A stretch of DNA of 64,000 nt, taken from an uncultured virus (IMG/VR IMGVR_UViG_3300033463_000102). Lineage: Duplodnaviria; Heunggongvirae; Uroviricota; Caudoviricetes. Both the position numbers and the translations under genes were made by a program. The stretch lies in IMG/VR virus record IMGVR_UViG_3300033463_000102; one strand, 5' to 3'. The notes under the pieces were generated by a model. That model worked only from the letters and a program-made list of their open reading frames with translations, did no database searches and was not told the DNA's origin. Positions 42,664 through 53,410 of the stretch are shown here, piece after piece; positions within the stretch are counted from its first letter, which is position 1; every line of letters begins with the position of its first letter.

Positions 42664-42746
42664 AGGTTGGCATCCTTCATATAATGGCTTAGTTGATTTC
42701 CGAAAGAGTACGTGCCATTTACGCACTCCATACTAAAATAAGTAGT

Positions 42747-43334
42747 CTACAGTCTTACAGATACTTTGTTGCCAGAGCTTTTAAGCATCTTGTCACTAAA
42801 TGTCCTAAGCTGCGCTGGCGTAGATTTCTTGCCGCCCTTGAACTGGTAGTAGACTCCACCCGTCTTCGAATTGGTCATTCTCCTTGCTCCGTTCTGGGCT
42901 CCCCATGAGTTCAGATAGTGTCTTCCGATGGAATCAGCAGTCAGCAATTCTTCCACTCTCTTTGCAGTTTCAGCAGTCGTTCCTGCACACGGATAGAAAT
43001 ATGCCTTCTCTGGCTTGCTCCTGAAAAACAGGAACACGCCGCCAGCACTCGGGATTGCCTTCTCGAAGCAAGTGGAGCTCAGGTGAAGCGGTTTCCTAGG
43101 CTCCGTATCTTCGTTCCAGTATTCAGGGTGCTTGTCCTTGTCACGCAATTCGGCAGAGGCAGCCCTGCGAGCCGCAAGGCTGTTCTTGTAGATTGTGCCG
43201 ACAAGCGACTGGTACTTTGCAAAAACCTTGTCACGCATCGCCTCGGTCTGCCTCTGGGCAGCCCTGCGATTGCGAATGGTCGATGCGTTCATCCCCGGCT
43301 TGTCAGCCTGTTGTATGTTAAATCGAATGGCCAT
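42747..43334 (-). CDS. KTSC-like domain protein
   Basis: LSSTC..F..YFY..ADSIGRHYLN; homolog of 10763-11410. Confidence 0.55.
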   Translation of the reverse strand: MAIRFNIQQADKPGMNASTIRNRRAAQRQTEAMRDKVFAKYQSLVGTIYKNSLAARRAASAELRDKDKHPEYWNEDTEPRKPLHLSSTCFEKAIPSAGGVFLFFRSKPEKAYFYPCAGTTAETAKRVEELLTADSIGRHYLNSWGAQNGARRMTNSKTGGVYYQFKGGKKSTPAQLRTFSDKMLKSSGNKVSVRL

Positions 43335-43336
43335 GA

Positions 43337-45235
43337 TTAGCCTCCGTATGCTGCATCAACTCCGTCACTGACTCCCTGCTGGTAGCCAGACTCTTCCGCC
43401 TTGTTCAACGCATCTTGCGTCTTCTGGGCTTCGAGCATTACCTTGTCTGTATCGTTCTGTGCCTGTGCCTGGTTCTTCTCGGCCTCTACCATCAGCTTCT
43501 GCGTTGCAAGCTGCAGGTTGGCTCCGTTCACCTCGCCGTTCTGCTGGAGCTTGGCCGTTTCAAGGGCCATCTTGTCCTGCTCGGCAATGGCAAACTTCTG
43601 CCAATCAAGGATACGTTGTTCACGGTTCTCCATCATGCTGATTTCGGCAGTGTCGAGCTGTTTCTGCAATTCGCCGTTGGCCTGAATCTGGCCGTCAAGC
43701 TGGAACTGCAATTCCTCGATGATTGCCTTCATCTGTTCGAGCTGGTGGACGGCAAGCGGGTCCATGTCCGCATTCTCGATGAACTGGACATCCTTCGGCA
43801 GGTTGGCCACGATGTTGCGGCTCAAATCCTTGCCCACGTCGTCTTCCAACGTATCTGCAAAGAACTTGGCGATGATAGGCTTCAATTCGTCCGGGCAGAC
43901 GCTGGCAAGCGCTGTCAATTCCTGACGTGCCTTCATCTGCCTCGTAATGACGCTCGGGCCGTTCTCCAAGGTGAAACGCAGGTCTTCACCGCCGTTCAAA
44001 AGTTCGATGAAGATTCTGGACAGGAGGTTGCATGCGGCAAAGGCATTGTTGTAATAGCTTGCCGTGTTGGCTTCCTTGCTCGTCTGCTGACGGAGAATTT
44101 CCGTTGCCGTGCGTTCAGGGGTTCCCTGCGGAATGCCCGTGAGCGGCACACCAACAACGTCTTCCATAAGGGTACGGGTGGTCGTAATGACGGACTGCAG
44201 GTCACCAGTCTGGAACTGCTCAATCAAGGGCTTCGGTTCATGCTCGCCATTCCACGTGACCACACAGGCGTCGTCATTGTCGGCATTCTGGTAGCTGCGT
44301 TCACAGCCGTCAAGTGCGCTTACGTGAATCATGTAGTTGGCCTTGACGCTCCTTCCACAACGCTCGATAAGCGTAGAGTAGGCAGTGTTGGCGCCAAGTT
44401 CCAAGTTCAGCGTCTGCTGGATAATGCCGTTGTAGTTGATGTCGTTCTGCTTGTCATAGATTTCGTTTCCGGCCAAGCGGACGATAGGTATGTACTTTAT
44501 CGGCAATACGGCTTCCTGAACAACCTTGTCGCCACAAATCTTGTAGAAGTGGACACCGTCGTTTTCCTTGACATAATATGACACGACTGGAATCTGGTCG
44601 CTCGGGCAGCTCCATTGTTCGGAAGTGCCGAAGTTGAGTGCCGCAGCGCTCCTAGGATAGTCGAAGGGGGCCACGTCGTCTCCATATACCCGTCTTGCCT
44701 TCTTCAAGGAAATGTAGTTGACCACGGCGCCTTCCTCGGCATCCTCACCGTTCACGGTGACGATGCTCGGGTCAATGGCCACGGACTGCAAGTGCTTTAC
44801 GCTTTCAAGGATAATCCTCGGCTCGCCCGTCATCTGGTCGATGTCGGTGGAAACCACAAGGAAGCCATAGCCAGTAAGCACGGCCTTGCGGAATGCGTCG
44901 AGCAATGCCGTCTTTACATCGTTCTCGGCTTCAAGCTGGTCGATTGCGTCCTGCAATTCCTCGTATCCGTCTTCCTTGTTCTTCAACTCCGTATGCCACG
45001 GAGAGGCTGACATGGGCGATGCGATGGCGTTGCATATGACGTTCCAGTTGTTCAGGGAAAGGCATGCACGCTTCTTTCCTGGCCGATAGAGCTTCCTGAA
45101 ATCGTCGTCCCAGAACTCGCCAGAATACCTGCGCAAGTCCTTGGTTGCACGGTTGAGTGTTGATGCGAACCTCTTGCTACTACGGCTGAGGAAGTCGCTG
45201 CATTGATTGATGATGTCTAGTGAATCTTTTTCCAT
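43337..45235 (-). CDS. Portal protein (P22-like)
   Basis: DLRRYSGEFW, VAIDP, IPIVRLAG motifs; coiled-coil C-terminus. Confidence 0.85.
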   Translation of the reverse strand: MEKDSLDIINQCSDFLSRSSKRFASTLNRATKDLRRYSGEFWDDDFRKLYRPGKKRACLSLNNWNVICNAIASPMSASPWHTELKNKEDGYEELQDAIDQLEAENDVKTALLDAFRKAVLTGYGFLVVSTDIDQMTGEPRIILESVKHLQSVAIDPSIVTVNGEDAEEGAVVNYISLKKARRVYGDDVAPFDYPRSAAALNFGTSEQWSCPSDQIPVVSYYVKENDGVHFYKICGDKVVQEAVLPIKYIPIVRLAGNEIYDKQNDINYNGIIQQTLNLELGANTAYSTLIERCGRSVKANYMIHVSALDGCERSYQNADNDDACVVTWNGEHEPKPLIEQFQTGDLQSVITTTRTLMEDVVGVPLTGIPQGTPERTATEILRQQTSKEANTASYYNNAFAACNLLSRIFIELLNGGEDLRFTLENGPSVITRQMKARQELTALASVCPDELKPIIAKFFADTLEDDVGKDLSRNIVANLPKDVQFIENADMDPLAVHQLEQMKAIIEELQFQLDGQIQANGELQKQLDTAEISMMENREQRILDWQKFAIAEQDKMALETAKLQQNGEVNGANLQLATQKLMVEAEKNQAQAQNDTDKVMLEAQKTQDALNKAEESGYQQGVSDGVDAAYGG

Positions 45236-45261
45236 GTTTAATCCTCAGTAATAATAAGTAG

Positions 45262-47739
45262 CTACGAAAGGTGGTATCTGTAACGGCACTGGGCGGCGAA
45301 GCCGAACTTGCTCGGCTCGTCATATGCCGCATACAGCACTTGGTCTAGCGAAGAGTGCCAATCGTCGATGTCGTCGTTGTCGCAATACCTGATGCCCGAA
45401 TAGTGGAACTTGATTGGCCTGAACGAGTTGGCGTAGGCCACTGTCGTATCGCTCGTCACGCTTGCGTTCAACAGGACGCTCTCGATGTGGAACGTGTTCG
45501 TATAGAACGGCCAATCGGAAAATCCGTCTGGTCTAATGAAGCACGTAATGTCTGCCTCGATGATGACGCTCTGCACCCTCTTCAAGTAAGGAAGACGGAA
45601 CAGGTTGCCAATGGGCAGGGCCACGTCATGGAAGTTCACAATCCAGTAGTCGTCCCAAGAAACGTCACGGGACGGCGTTGTTCTTCCGTCATGCACGACC
45701 CATACGCCAGTGGTGTCTGTGGTGCCGTCCACGTTGGCACAGTACCTGCCATAGTCCGTATACGGTTCGTTTCCGTAAGGACGCAGCTGTGAGTAGGGCA
45801 TCGTCAGGATGATGTCCTCGTTCTCCACAGGGCAGCCACCGTAGTTGTTCTTGTACTCGAACTTACGGCTTACTGCACCGTCGTATGTAATGCCCTGCCA
45901 CCTGCTGTCGTCCACGAAGTTGTGGTCGGAGAAGTTGCCTTCCCAGTGACCCATCGGGCTCACAGGGGAGCTTTCATAGTTGACGCCAGTCTGCGGAGAC
46001 AGGTAGAGCTTTGCCGTGCCCGTCACGGTATTCTTTGCGAACAGGCCACGGTAAACATAGCCTGGGTAGTCCGTTCCGCCAATTGACAGCGTGATGTACT
46101 CTGGGAACTGGTAGATGTCCGCATTCACTTCGCATCCGATGTACTCGAAGTCAGTGAAGTTGTCCTGACGGGTGTTGATGCGGCAATGGCGATACTTCGG
46201 GTAGACACCTGGAGTATAGAAGTTAGCCTGCACGTCTACGTTGTCCAAAAGCAGAGAGCTTAGAATCTGTATGTGGTATCTGCTGTCCATCGTGACTGAA
46301 CCACGCCTCCACTGTACCATGTCCAGCACTACGCTGTCCGTATTGGTGAAGCTAAGCCAGCAGTCGATGATGTTGAGGCTGTATGCACTGCCAGTCAGCA
46401 ATACCGTGCCGCTGATGTTGTGCAGCTCGGCATTGCCAGAAATTGTCACGTTAGTGAACGCACCGTTCTCGGCGATGCAGTTGGCCAGCAATGTCTGGTT
46501 GGAGACAGTCTGTTCGCCAAGGTCGCCATAGTTGGCCTCGTTCTGCTTGTTCTTCAAGATGATATACGTGTTGGCGTCCTTGCAGTTCTGCAACAGAATC
46601 TGGCAACCGTATAGCTGCAAGTTGGACCAGTCGTAGTCATCGGCGAACCAGTCAGTCTTGATGGTCAGGTTCTGCAAGACAATCCTGCGTGTAATCTTCT
46701 CGTTGCACACAACGTCACAGTCGGTCAGCTGCGATTCTGCGGCAGGCGATGTTTCAATCTCGACAGTGATGCCATCGAGGTTCACGGGCGCCCAGTCGGA
46801 GTCGATGATGTAGTTGACCGTGTTGCTGCCATAGCTGCCAAAGTGCCAGCTGTGACGCACGGACTTGGAGTTCACCTGAGTGTTGGCATTGACAAAGTAA
46901 GGATTGCCTCCCCACTCGCCAGAGAACCTGTTGCCGCTTCCCTTGTCCACAAACTTCGTATCGTTGGAAACGTCGATTGTGTTGCGGCTGTTGTATGCAA
47001 CGCTCGTATAAATGAAGTACGGATAGGACTGGGAACCGTTGAAGTATGGCTTGATGGAATGGGTATTGCAGTAGCTGATGAGCTGGCCAATCCTTGTGGA
47101 CTGGTTCACCTCGGAGTCAACGGAGTCCTGCGGGAACACACCGAAGTGCCTTGAATCGCAGTGCTCTGTTGGCTGCACTAGAATCCATCTTCCAGTCAGT
47201 ACACCGTCTGGCTGAATCACTGAACCGTTGTCGTCAGCAAGAGTGGACTCGCCATCCCATACGTAGGTGACGGGCTCGCAGTCGCCGCATTCGTAGTAGC
47301 CGTTCAAGGTTATTACTTTGTATCCATCCACCTCTGGCACCTCTTCGACCACGAGCGAACGGAGCGAATCCATTGTGGAAACGCCTGTCGCAGCCGTGCC
47401 TTCGATGCTCCTTGTGTCGATGGACATGCTTTCGACCGTGTACTGCAAAGACCACTTGCTTTCGTCACTTGTGTCGATACCAGCGGCCTCTTCCTCCGCA
47501 AGCGTACCAGTGCCCACATACTTGTATATGTAAGCAATGACTTCGGAATCCACGAACACCTGATTCTTCGTGCGTCCGAGAATGTCAGTCACCTGAGGGT
47601 TGGCAAGGGCAACCATGTCGCCGTCATAGATGTTGGCGACAGTAGTGCCGTCCTTTATCATGAATTGCAGACAGCCGCAAAGGACATTGCCTTCACGGTC
47701 GTAGTATCTGTCTCTGTTGTCAAAGTTACGGAATGACAT
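45262..47739 (-). CDS. Tailspike-like protein
   Basis: Anchor domain, GYYECGD..YVWD..DDNG..GRW motif; homolog of 3560-5932. Confidence 0.75.
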   Translation of the reverse strand: MSFRNFDNRDRYYDREGNVLCGCLQFMIKDGTTVANIYDGDMVALANPQVTDILGRTKNQVFVDSEVIAYIYKYVGTGTLAEEEAAGIDTSDESKWSLQYTVESMSIDTRSIEGTAATGVSTMDSLRSLVVEEVPEVDGYKVITLNGYYECGDCEPVTYVWDGESTLADDNGSVIQPDGVLTGRWILVQPTEHCDSRHFGVFPQDSVDSEVNQSTRIGQLISYCNTHSIKPYFNGSQSYPYFIYTSVAYNSRNTIDVSNDTKFVDKGSGNRFSGEWGGNPYFVNANTQVNSKSVRHSWHFGSYGSNTVNYIIDSDWAPVNLDGITVEIETSPAAESQLTDCDVVCNEKITRRIVLQNLTIKTDWFADDYDWSNLQLYGCQILLQNCKDANTYIILKNKQNEANYGDLGEQTVSNQTLLANCIAENGAFTNVTISGNAELHNISGTVLLTGSAYSLNIIDCWLSFTNTDSVVLDMVQWRRGSVTMDSRYHIQILSSLLLDNVDVQANFYTPGVYPKYRHCRINTRQDNFTDFEYIGCEVNADIYQFPEYITLSIGGTDYPGYVYRGLFAKNTVTGTAKLYLSPQTGVNYESSPVSPMGHWEGNFSDHNFVDDSRWQGITYDGAVSRKFEYKNNYGGCPVENEDIILTMPYSQLRPYGNEPYTDYGRYCANVDGTTDTTGVWVVHDGRTTPSRDVSWDDYWIVNFHDVALPIGNLFRLPYLKRVQSVIIEADITCFIRPDGFSDWPFYTNTFHIESVLLNASVTSDTTVAYANSFRPIKFHYSGIRYCDNDDIDDWHSSLDQVLYAAYDEPSKFGFAAQCRYRYHLS

Positions 47740-49343
47740 TATTCTTCTCCTTTAAGCGCCTTCTCGATTGCGTTCTTTTTATCCTTTGGCAGGCTCTTGT
47801 ACCATTCGGTCTCACGGAACTTTTTTAGCTTCTGGTCGTATTCGCTAATCTGCAACGGATTAACCTTTATATTAGGCTCTAACCTTGTACCGATGAAACC
47901 GAGAGACTTACCGCCGAGAAGGCCAAGATTGTAAGCAGCCTTGCTCTTGTTGGATGCGCCCATTGCCAAATCCTTTTCGTACTTGGCAGGGAAAGCCTGC
48001 TTCATGTTGCCCAATGCGGTGGAAACCTCGTCATACTGTTTCGGCGTTGCCGTTTCCAGCCAACCCTTTACCTTGTACATTGAAGGCTTGTCATACACAT
48101 TCTTTATGATTTGGTCTGCAGTTATGGTAGGGTCTATCGGGGCAGATTTCTTTGTTCCAGAAGGGAATTCACCAATTACGTCAGTTACTTTGTTGAAGTT
48201 TGTGATGCCCACAGGTGCTGCCTTGCCGTCCGCTCCCTTCAATCCAAGAATCTGCAACTTTTCGGCAGCATCCTTCCATGCCTTTGCATTTTCGACCTCG
48301 GACGTGGTAAGTGCGGTCATCTTCTTTCCCCTAGCTCCCTGCTTTGCCGCCTGTGCAGTTGCACTAAAGTTTTCCCTTGCCGCCTTGGACTGGTTCCTTG
48401 CAGTTACAAGTAGCTGTTTCAATGCGTTCCTTTCTACCGTGACAGGGTCATCGGCGCCACGCAATCCTCTTGCAATACCTCTTGCCAACGGTTTTGCTTC
48501 AAGGGCGCCTCCACGTCCAGCATAGCTCTGTACACCTATACCTAGCATAGGCACTGTGGCAGCTCCCATCCCAGCACCGACTATTGCTAGCGGTTCAGCT
48601 TCCCTTCCACTTGCAATGTTGGCAACCTGCCTACCAGTTTCAAGGCTGGCATCTACAAGGCCAGCTGCTACTGGGTTGGCTGCAATAACCTTTGAATAAG
48701 GTGCAGCAGCCATGCCAGCACCAGTGAGGAAGTCAACACCTAGTGCACCATATACCTTGGAGTCATCAAAATCACCAGTAAGCGATTGCCGCATAGCTTC
48801 ACTATACAATGACGGGTATGCCAGATAGCCTAGCTTGTTGTACCACTCGGAATCGTCCATGGTCTCTTGGACGGCCTTTGCACGGTTGTAGTTTACATCA
48901 TGCTGACCTAGTATATCAAAGAACTCCTTTCGGCTTTCCTTGTTCGTCGGGTCGTACCCTAGTTCCGACATCTTCAAGTCAAGCTCCTTGTTCGGCATGT
49001 TGTACCACTTTCCGTCCACTACGAGGTCTTGGAACTTATTAAACTGCTCCTGCTTCGCCTGTACACGGGGCGAGTACTTCCTGTCCCCAAGATACCACAT
49101 CTTGAACCAGTCATCATCCTTCGAACTGGCCAACTCGGCAGCCATCTTCTCGTCAAACTTGTCCTTAGGGTATTCCTTCTGAACGACGGGCCAAATCTGG
49201 TCAGTCAGATATTCGATAGCCTCTTCCCTATCCTTAGGCAATTTGCTGGCCAGTGAAGCATTGACCTGCGGTATAACAGTATATGCCTGCTCGGCTGCCT
49301 TTCTTGCCTTGGCGTAAGTATCTACGTTGTATGAAAAAGCCAT
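47739..49343 (-). CDS. Putative ejection protein
   Basis: Homolog of 7734-9374. Confidence 0.6.
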   Translation of the reverse strand: MAFSYNVDTYAKARKAAEQAYTVIPQVNASLASKLPKDREEAIEYLTDQIWPVVQKEYPKDKFDEKMAAELASSKDDDWFKMWYLGDRKYSPRVQAKQEQFNKFQDLVVDGKWYNMPNKELDLKMSELGYDPTNKESRKEFFDILGQHDVNYNRAKAVQETMDDSEWYNKLGYLAYPSLYSEAMRQSLTGDFDDSKVYGALGVDFLTGAGMAAAPYSKVIAANPVAAGLVDASLETGRQVANIASGREAEPLAIVGAGMGAATVPMLGIGVQSYAGRGGALEAKPLARGIARGLRGADDPVTVERNALKQLLVTARNQSKAARENFSATAQAAKQGARGKKMTALTTSEVENAKAWKDAAEKLQILGLKGADGKAAPVGITNFNKVTDVIGEFPSGTKKSAPIDPTITADQIIKNVYDKPSMYKVKGWLETATPKQYDEVSTALGNMKQAFPAKYEKDLAMGASNKSKAAYNLGLLGGKSLGFIGTRLEPNIKVNPLQISEYDQKLKKFRETEWYKSLPKDKKNAIEKALKGEE

Positions 49344-49354
49344 AGCTACCTCTA

Positions 49355-50353
49355 TTACTTAACTTCGTGCCACTTGCCACCATAGAAGATTTGAGGCTCG
49401 TCGTTTACGAACTGGTAGTTGAAGTTGTACTTAGTTCCGTCTTTGTCAACGAACTGCACTTGTTTTTCACCCTTTGAATTGGCGGCAAGAACCTGACCTT
49501 TCTTTACCTTTGGGCCAGCCTTTGCTTTTGCCGCCGCACTTTTTGCATTCTTTCGTATGGTCTCTGCCGATTTCCTTGCTTTAACGACCTCATCTCCCTT
49601 ATAGCCCTGCACATTTTTGAACTTTTCAACATTGGCCGCTGCCGATTCGATTGCATCTGGGTTCTTGGATGCTATGGCCGCATTGAGTTCGCCCATTGCA
49701 GCTTCCATTGCCACTGGTCCTTCAAGCTTATTGATTTTGTCATCTATGGCAGCATAGACATCCGACATGTCGGCACCCTGCTCTGCAAGAAAATCTGCCT
49801 TAACCCTTGCAGCTTTAAGCTCGTCAATTGTAGAACTTTCCTTCTTTACGGTTTCGTTTACCTTTTTCTGGAAATCCTGAGCCATCTTGTAGAGAGTTGC
49901 CTCATTCTTGTCTTCCTGTTGTACCGATTCGTTAGCGGGGGCATTCTTATAGCCCTTTTTAGCACCACGTTCAGCATGGAAGTTGTAGTTGGCTACGGCA
50001 TCTTCAAGGTCCTTTTGAGTGGCCTTTCCTTCCTTTGCCTTCTGGCGAACGTCATTCAGGTCGCTTCTGGCATTTGTCATGTCCTTACGCCACTGAATTT
50101 CATTCTCCTCGTCAACCTGCTCCTTTCCAGCCTTTGCCATCTTCTCGGCACTTTCCCTGCTGAGCTTGTTCTGGATGGCCGCATTCAGTGCATTCTGATA
50201 TGCATCGAGGCCACTGCGGTCACCGTCAACGATGTAGTCGAAACGGGCAGCCCTGTACTCTGGGCTGTTCCTTTGCGGTGTTCCCTCATTGCGTGCTGCG
50301 ATACGCTGCTGTACTGCGGCGATATCTGCGTCGATTTCTGCTATGCTTCTCAT
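49355..50353 (-). CDS. Putative ejection protein, coiled coil
   Basis: Position; Ala/Lys-rich helices. Confidence 0.5.
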   Translation of the reverse strand: MRSIAEIDADIAAVQQRIAARNEGTPQRNSPEYRAARFDYIVDGDRSGLDAYQNALNAAIQNKLSRESAEKMAKAGKEQVDEENEIQWRKDMTNARSDLNDVRQKAKEGKATQKDLEDAVANYNFHAERGAKKGYKNAPANESVQQEDKNEATLYKMAQDFQKKVNETVKKESSTIDELKAARVKADFLAEQGADMSDVYAAIDDKINKLEGPVAMEAAMGELNAAIASKNPDAIESAAANVEKFKNVQGYKGDEVVKARKSAETIRKNAKSAAAKAKAGPKVKKGQVLAANSKGEKQVQFVDKDGTKYNFNYQFVNDEPQIFYGGKWHEVK

Positions 50354-50760
50354 TAGTACAACCCCCTCTTCCTCAATACTTCGGTGTAGTTAGGAACAAC
50401 GTAAGACGATGCAGGAGTGTAGCCCTGCATAGCCTGTGCATAGGTGTTAGAAACGCTAGGCCCATTGATGGTGCTCGGCATCATCAAGCTTGCCCTTTCG
50501 TCTCGCAGTTCTTGGTCATTCTCCTGCTGTGCTTGGATAACCTCTTCCCTTTCCTTCTGCAAAGCTGCTAGCTTGGCCTCGTCGTCTCCCCACGTTTCGT
50601 ATGTGCGGCCAAGCGCCTTGGCGAAGTTGCCGATGGCCTGTGCATTCTGGTTCCTGCGTTGAGCTTCACGGTCAATGTATGCCTGACGCCTAGCCAATGC
50701 AGCTTCGATTGCAGGCGCCAGCTGCTGTGCCAAATTGTCTCTTTGATAAATTCCAGCCAT
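50353..50760 (-). CDS. Small putative ejection protein
   Basis: AQAIGNF segment; position. Confidence 0.45.
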   Translation of the reverse strand: MAGIYQRDNLAQQLAPAIEAALARRQAYIDREAQRRNQNAQAIGNFAKALGRTYETWGDDEAKLAALQKEREEVIQAQQENDQELRDERASLMMPSTINGPSVSNTYAQAMQGYTPASSYVVPNYTEVLRKRGLY

Positions 50761-50786
50761 GATTTACCTCACGGGATAAATAAGTA

Positions 50787-51482
50787 TTAGTACAAGCCTG
50801 CCATGGCCTGTGCATAGGTGGCGTTCGTTGCAATCTTATCTTGCTGTGCTTTCAGCCTGTCGGACTGTGCAGAATCCATAGCTGCATAGTAGTCGTTGGC
50901 AAGGTTACCTTGCAACGTAAGCTTCGTGTTGGTGGCCTCACGCAACTGGTTCAGCTTGTTCTGCATGGCTGCCGAATAGTCGCTGTACTTCTTGTAGGCG
51001 AAGTCACGGTCGTCACGATAGTCTTCCTGTGCAGTCTTGTAGAGTTCCAAGTCCTTGTCGGCAACGGCCTGTGCGATGGCTTCGGCTGCACCAGAGCCAC
51101 GTCCAAGGCCTGCACCAGCAGCGCTGTGCTGTACACCTGCAACCTCGTTTGCGATAATCTTGTCACGCATCGGGTTGATGAAGTCATTGGCCGTCTTGTT
51201 GTAGCTGAACTCAGTCGGGTTGTAGACAAAGTCTTCTGGGTTATATCCAGCGATTGCATCCTTGTAAGACAGGGCATCCTCTGCCTTGCCCAACGAACCA
51301 CGGTTCTCGTAGTACTTGTCGATGTCTTGGAGAATCTTCGTGTACTCGGCATTAGATGCAGTTTGGTCGCCCGCCAACCTATTGAGAGCGTCCTTACGGG
51401 CCTCACGGTCAGCGGAAGAGTTGTACATGTTGCTGATGAGGCTAGCCGCAGCAATACCACCAGCGATAAGAGCAGGAATCAT
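50787..51482 (-). CDS. Pilot / DNA transfer protein
   Basis: MIPALIAGGIAAAS N-terminus, AAGAGLGRGSG motif. Confidence 0.65.
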   Translation of the reverse strand: MIPALIAGGIAAASLISNMYNSSADREARKDALNRLAGDQTASNAEYTKILQDIDKYYENRGSLGKAEDALSYKDAIAGYNPEDFVYNPTEFSYNKTANDFINPMRDKIIANEVAGVQHSAAGAGLGRGSGAAEAIAQAVADKDLELYKTAQEDYRDDRDFAYKKYSDYSAAMQNKLNQLREATNTKLTLQGNLANDYYAAMDSAQSDRLKAQQDKIATNATYAQAMAGLY

Positions 51483-51491
51483 AGTTGCCTC

Positions 51492-51791
51492 CTAGTTGTC
51501 CTTGACCAGTTTAAGGGTTCCCTGTGCACACTCGCTGGCCCCGAGGTCAAGGTTTAATATTGAATTCGTTACGTTGATGACGTTCCCTTCGTTTGTCAGT
51601 AGGAAGCCGTCGTACACTTCTGGGAGCTGGTAGTTCGATACCTTGGCTCCCCTGTTGGCCACCACAAGCAGCAGGTTCTTGAATACGGTTACGCTGCCCC
51701 AGCCTTCGCCAAGGTAGCCGTACTTGCCTTTCAGCGCCTCGATGTTCGGGTTCTCCTGCGAGTATCTTATGAGTTTCATTTCGTTTGTCAT
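51492..51791 (-). CDS. Small tail-associated protein
   Basis: GGAGG RBS; counterpart of 12710-13039. Confidence 0.5.
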   Translation of the reverse strand: MTNEMKLIRYSQENPNIEALKGKYGYLGEGWGSVTVFKNLLLVVANRGAKVSNYQLPEVYDGFLLTNEGNVINVTNSILNLDLGASECAQGTLKLVKDN

Positions 51792-51799
51792 AATCCCTC

Positions 51800-53410
51800 C
51801 TAGAACCAAGCCGCTGGTGACCATGCCACCTTCATGTTCTCTATGGCGAACGGAACTTCCTCGGTCGTGCTTATTTCAATCGTGAAGAACTTGCCATAGC
51901 CAAGATGCCACATCGTTGTCTGCCACTTATAGTCGCCAACCTTGCCTAGGAAGTAGTCCTCGTAGTCCGAGAAGTTGCCACCGTCCCAAGTGTAGCGCAC
52001 GGACACCCTAGGGTTCAGCTCGCCGTCCACAGGCTGCGTCAATGCGCCGTCAATGAGGTTGGCAAAGCGTGTGCTGTGCTGTCCGTTGTTGCAGATAAGT
52101 TCAATGCTGTCGATGAAGAACGGCTGGTCGTTCGATGTCAGCACACCGCCCCTGCGTAGTTTCAGAATCTTGCGTCCGTCATGCTCGTGGAAAACGTGTT
52201 CGTCCATGTAGCACAAAGTATTGCCAGCAGCCACCATTGTTCTGTTGTATGCAAACGTAGCATGAGAATAACGCCAGAACGTTAGGTTGTTCGATGCGTC
52301 GTAGCTTGCACGCCTGTGCCACTTGTTCTCGGTCACGTCATACACGTATGTCATCTTGCTGTCCTCGAAAGTCAGCGAGTAGAACACATGACGATGTTCC
52401 TGCCAGATGCTCGAATAGGCGTTCTCTGGATGCACCATCTGGGCCAGTTCACGCTCCACGTCTCCCGTGGATACACGTGTCAACTGCGTATCGTTAATCA
52501 TGAACACGGCGTTCTCACCAATGTCGGAAGAGCCCAGCCAGATTGTCGTGTGGCCAAGCATGCACAACGAATTGACGGCCTTTATGCCTATGTTTCCCGC
52601 AGCGTTGTCAGGTGAGCTGAACGGGTTGTTCTTGTCGTCGTTGAAGGAGAACACCTGCCAGCTCCTCGGGCCAAAGGTCATCAGCTTACTGCCATTGCTG
52701 CAGAGTGCAGACGTGATATCTTGGCACCACTCACTGAAAGTTATGAATCCAATGTTGTTCGTTGTAGACAAACGCCAGATGTCGTAATCAATCTCATTTG
52801 CATCAGTAAGCGTTTCAAACGGATACTGTATGCTCGTATAGAACGCATCGGTTCCATCGTCATTACATACAAGGTAACCATACAGGTAGGCCACGTGCGT
52901 CGGCTTGATGTGCTGAGAATCGTCAAGCGGCTTCAACGGCAACTCGATTGTACGGAAGTCAGTACGCTGCGATGCAATAGGAATTGTCGTATCGACCGCA
53001 TACATGCTGAATCCGTCAACGATAACAAGGTGCGGGTGGGCTGAATTGTAGCCACCAGTTTCCACCATGCGGCATTCTGTGCTCGTGCTCTCGATAGTCG
53101 CAATGACATGCTTCGTTCCGTCCTTGTCGAACAGGTAAAGCTTATGGCCAAAGACACCGTACAAGGCAGGCTCGTTGCCAGTCTCGTCACGGCCTCTGGA
53201 CACCCTGTATAGACCACGGCATACCCCGTCAAGTTCCTCTGCAAAGGAAACTTCTCCATCTACGGAGCGCATCAACAACTGGGTGCTGTGCTCGTTCAGG
53301 TCCTGCGTTTCAGGGTACATGTTTACACTATCGCCAAGGCCTACCTTGACGATATTGGAGCGGGACAATCCCCCAGCCACGTTCTGAACTAGAAGAACCC
53401 TGTTTCCCAT
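51800..53410 (-). CDS. Tail hub / DNA stabilisation protein (P22 gp10-like)
   Basis: TYVYD..WHRR, WDGGNFS..GKVGDY..W..LG motifs. Confidence 0.85.
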   Translation of the reverse strand: MGNRVLLVQNVAGGLSRSNIVKVGLGDSVNMYPETQDLNEHSTQLLMRSVDGEVSFAEELDGVCRGLYRVSRGRDETGNEPALYGVFGHKLYLFDKDGTKHVIATIESTSTECRMVETGGYNSAHPHLVIVDGFSMYAVDTTIPIASQRTDFRTIELPLKPLDDSQHIKPTHVAYLYGYLVCNDDGTDAFYTSIQYPFETLTDANEIDYDIWRLSTTNNIGFITFSEWCQDITSALCSNGSKLMTFGPRSWQVFSFNDDKNNPFSSPDNAAGNIGIKAVNSLCMLGHTTIWLGSSDIGENAVFMINDTQLTRVSTGDVERELAQMVHPENAYSSIWQEHRHVFYSLTFEDSKMTYVYDVTENKWHRRASYDASNNLTFWRYSHATFAYNRTMVAAGNTLCYMDEHVFHEHDGRKILKLRRGGVLTSNDQPFFIDSIELICNNGQHSTRFANLIDGALTQPVDGELNPRVSVRYTWDGGNFSDYEDYFLGKVGDYKWQTTMWHLGYGKFFTIEISTTEEVPFAIENMKVAWSPAAWF

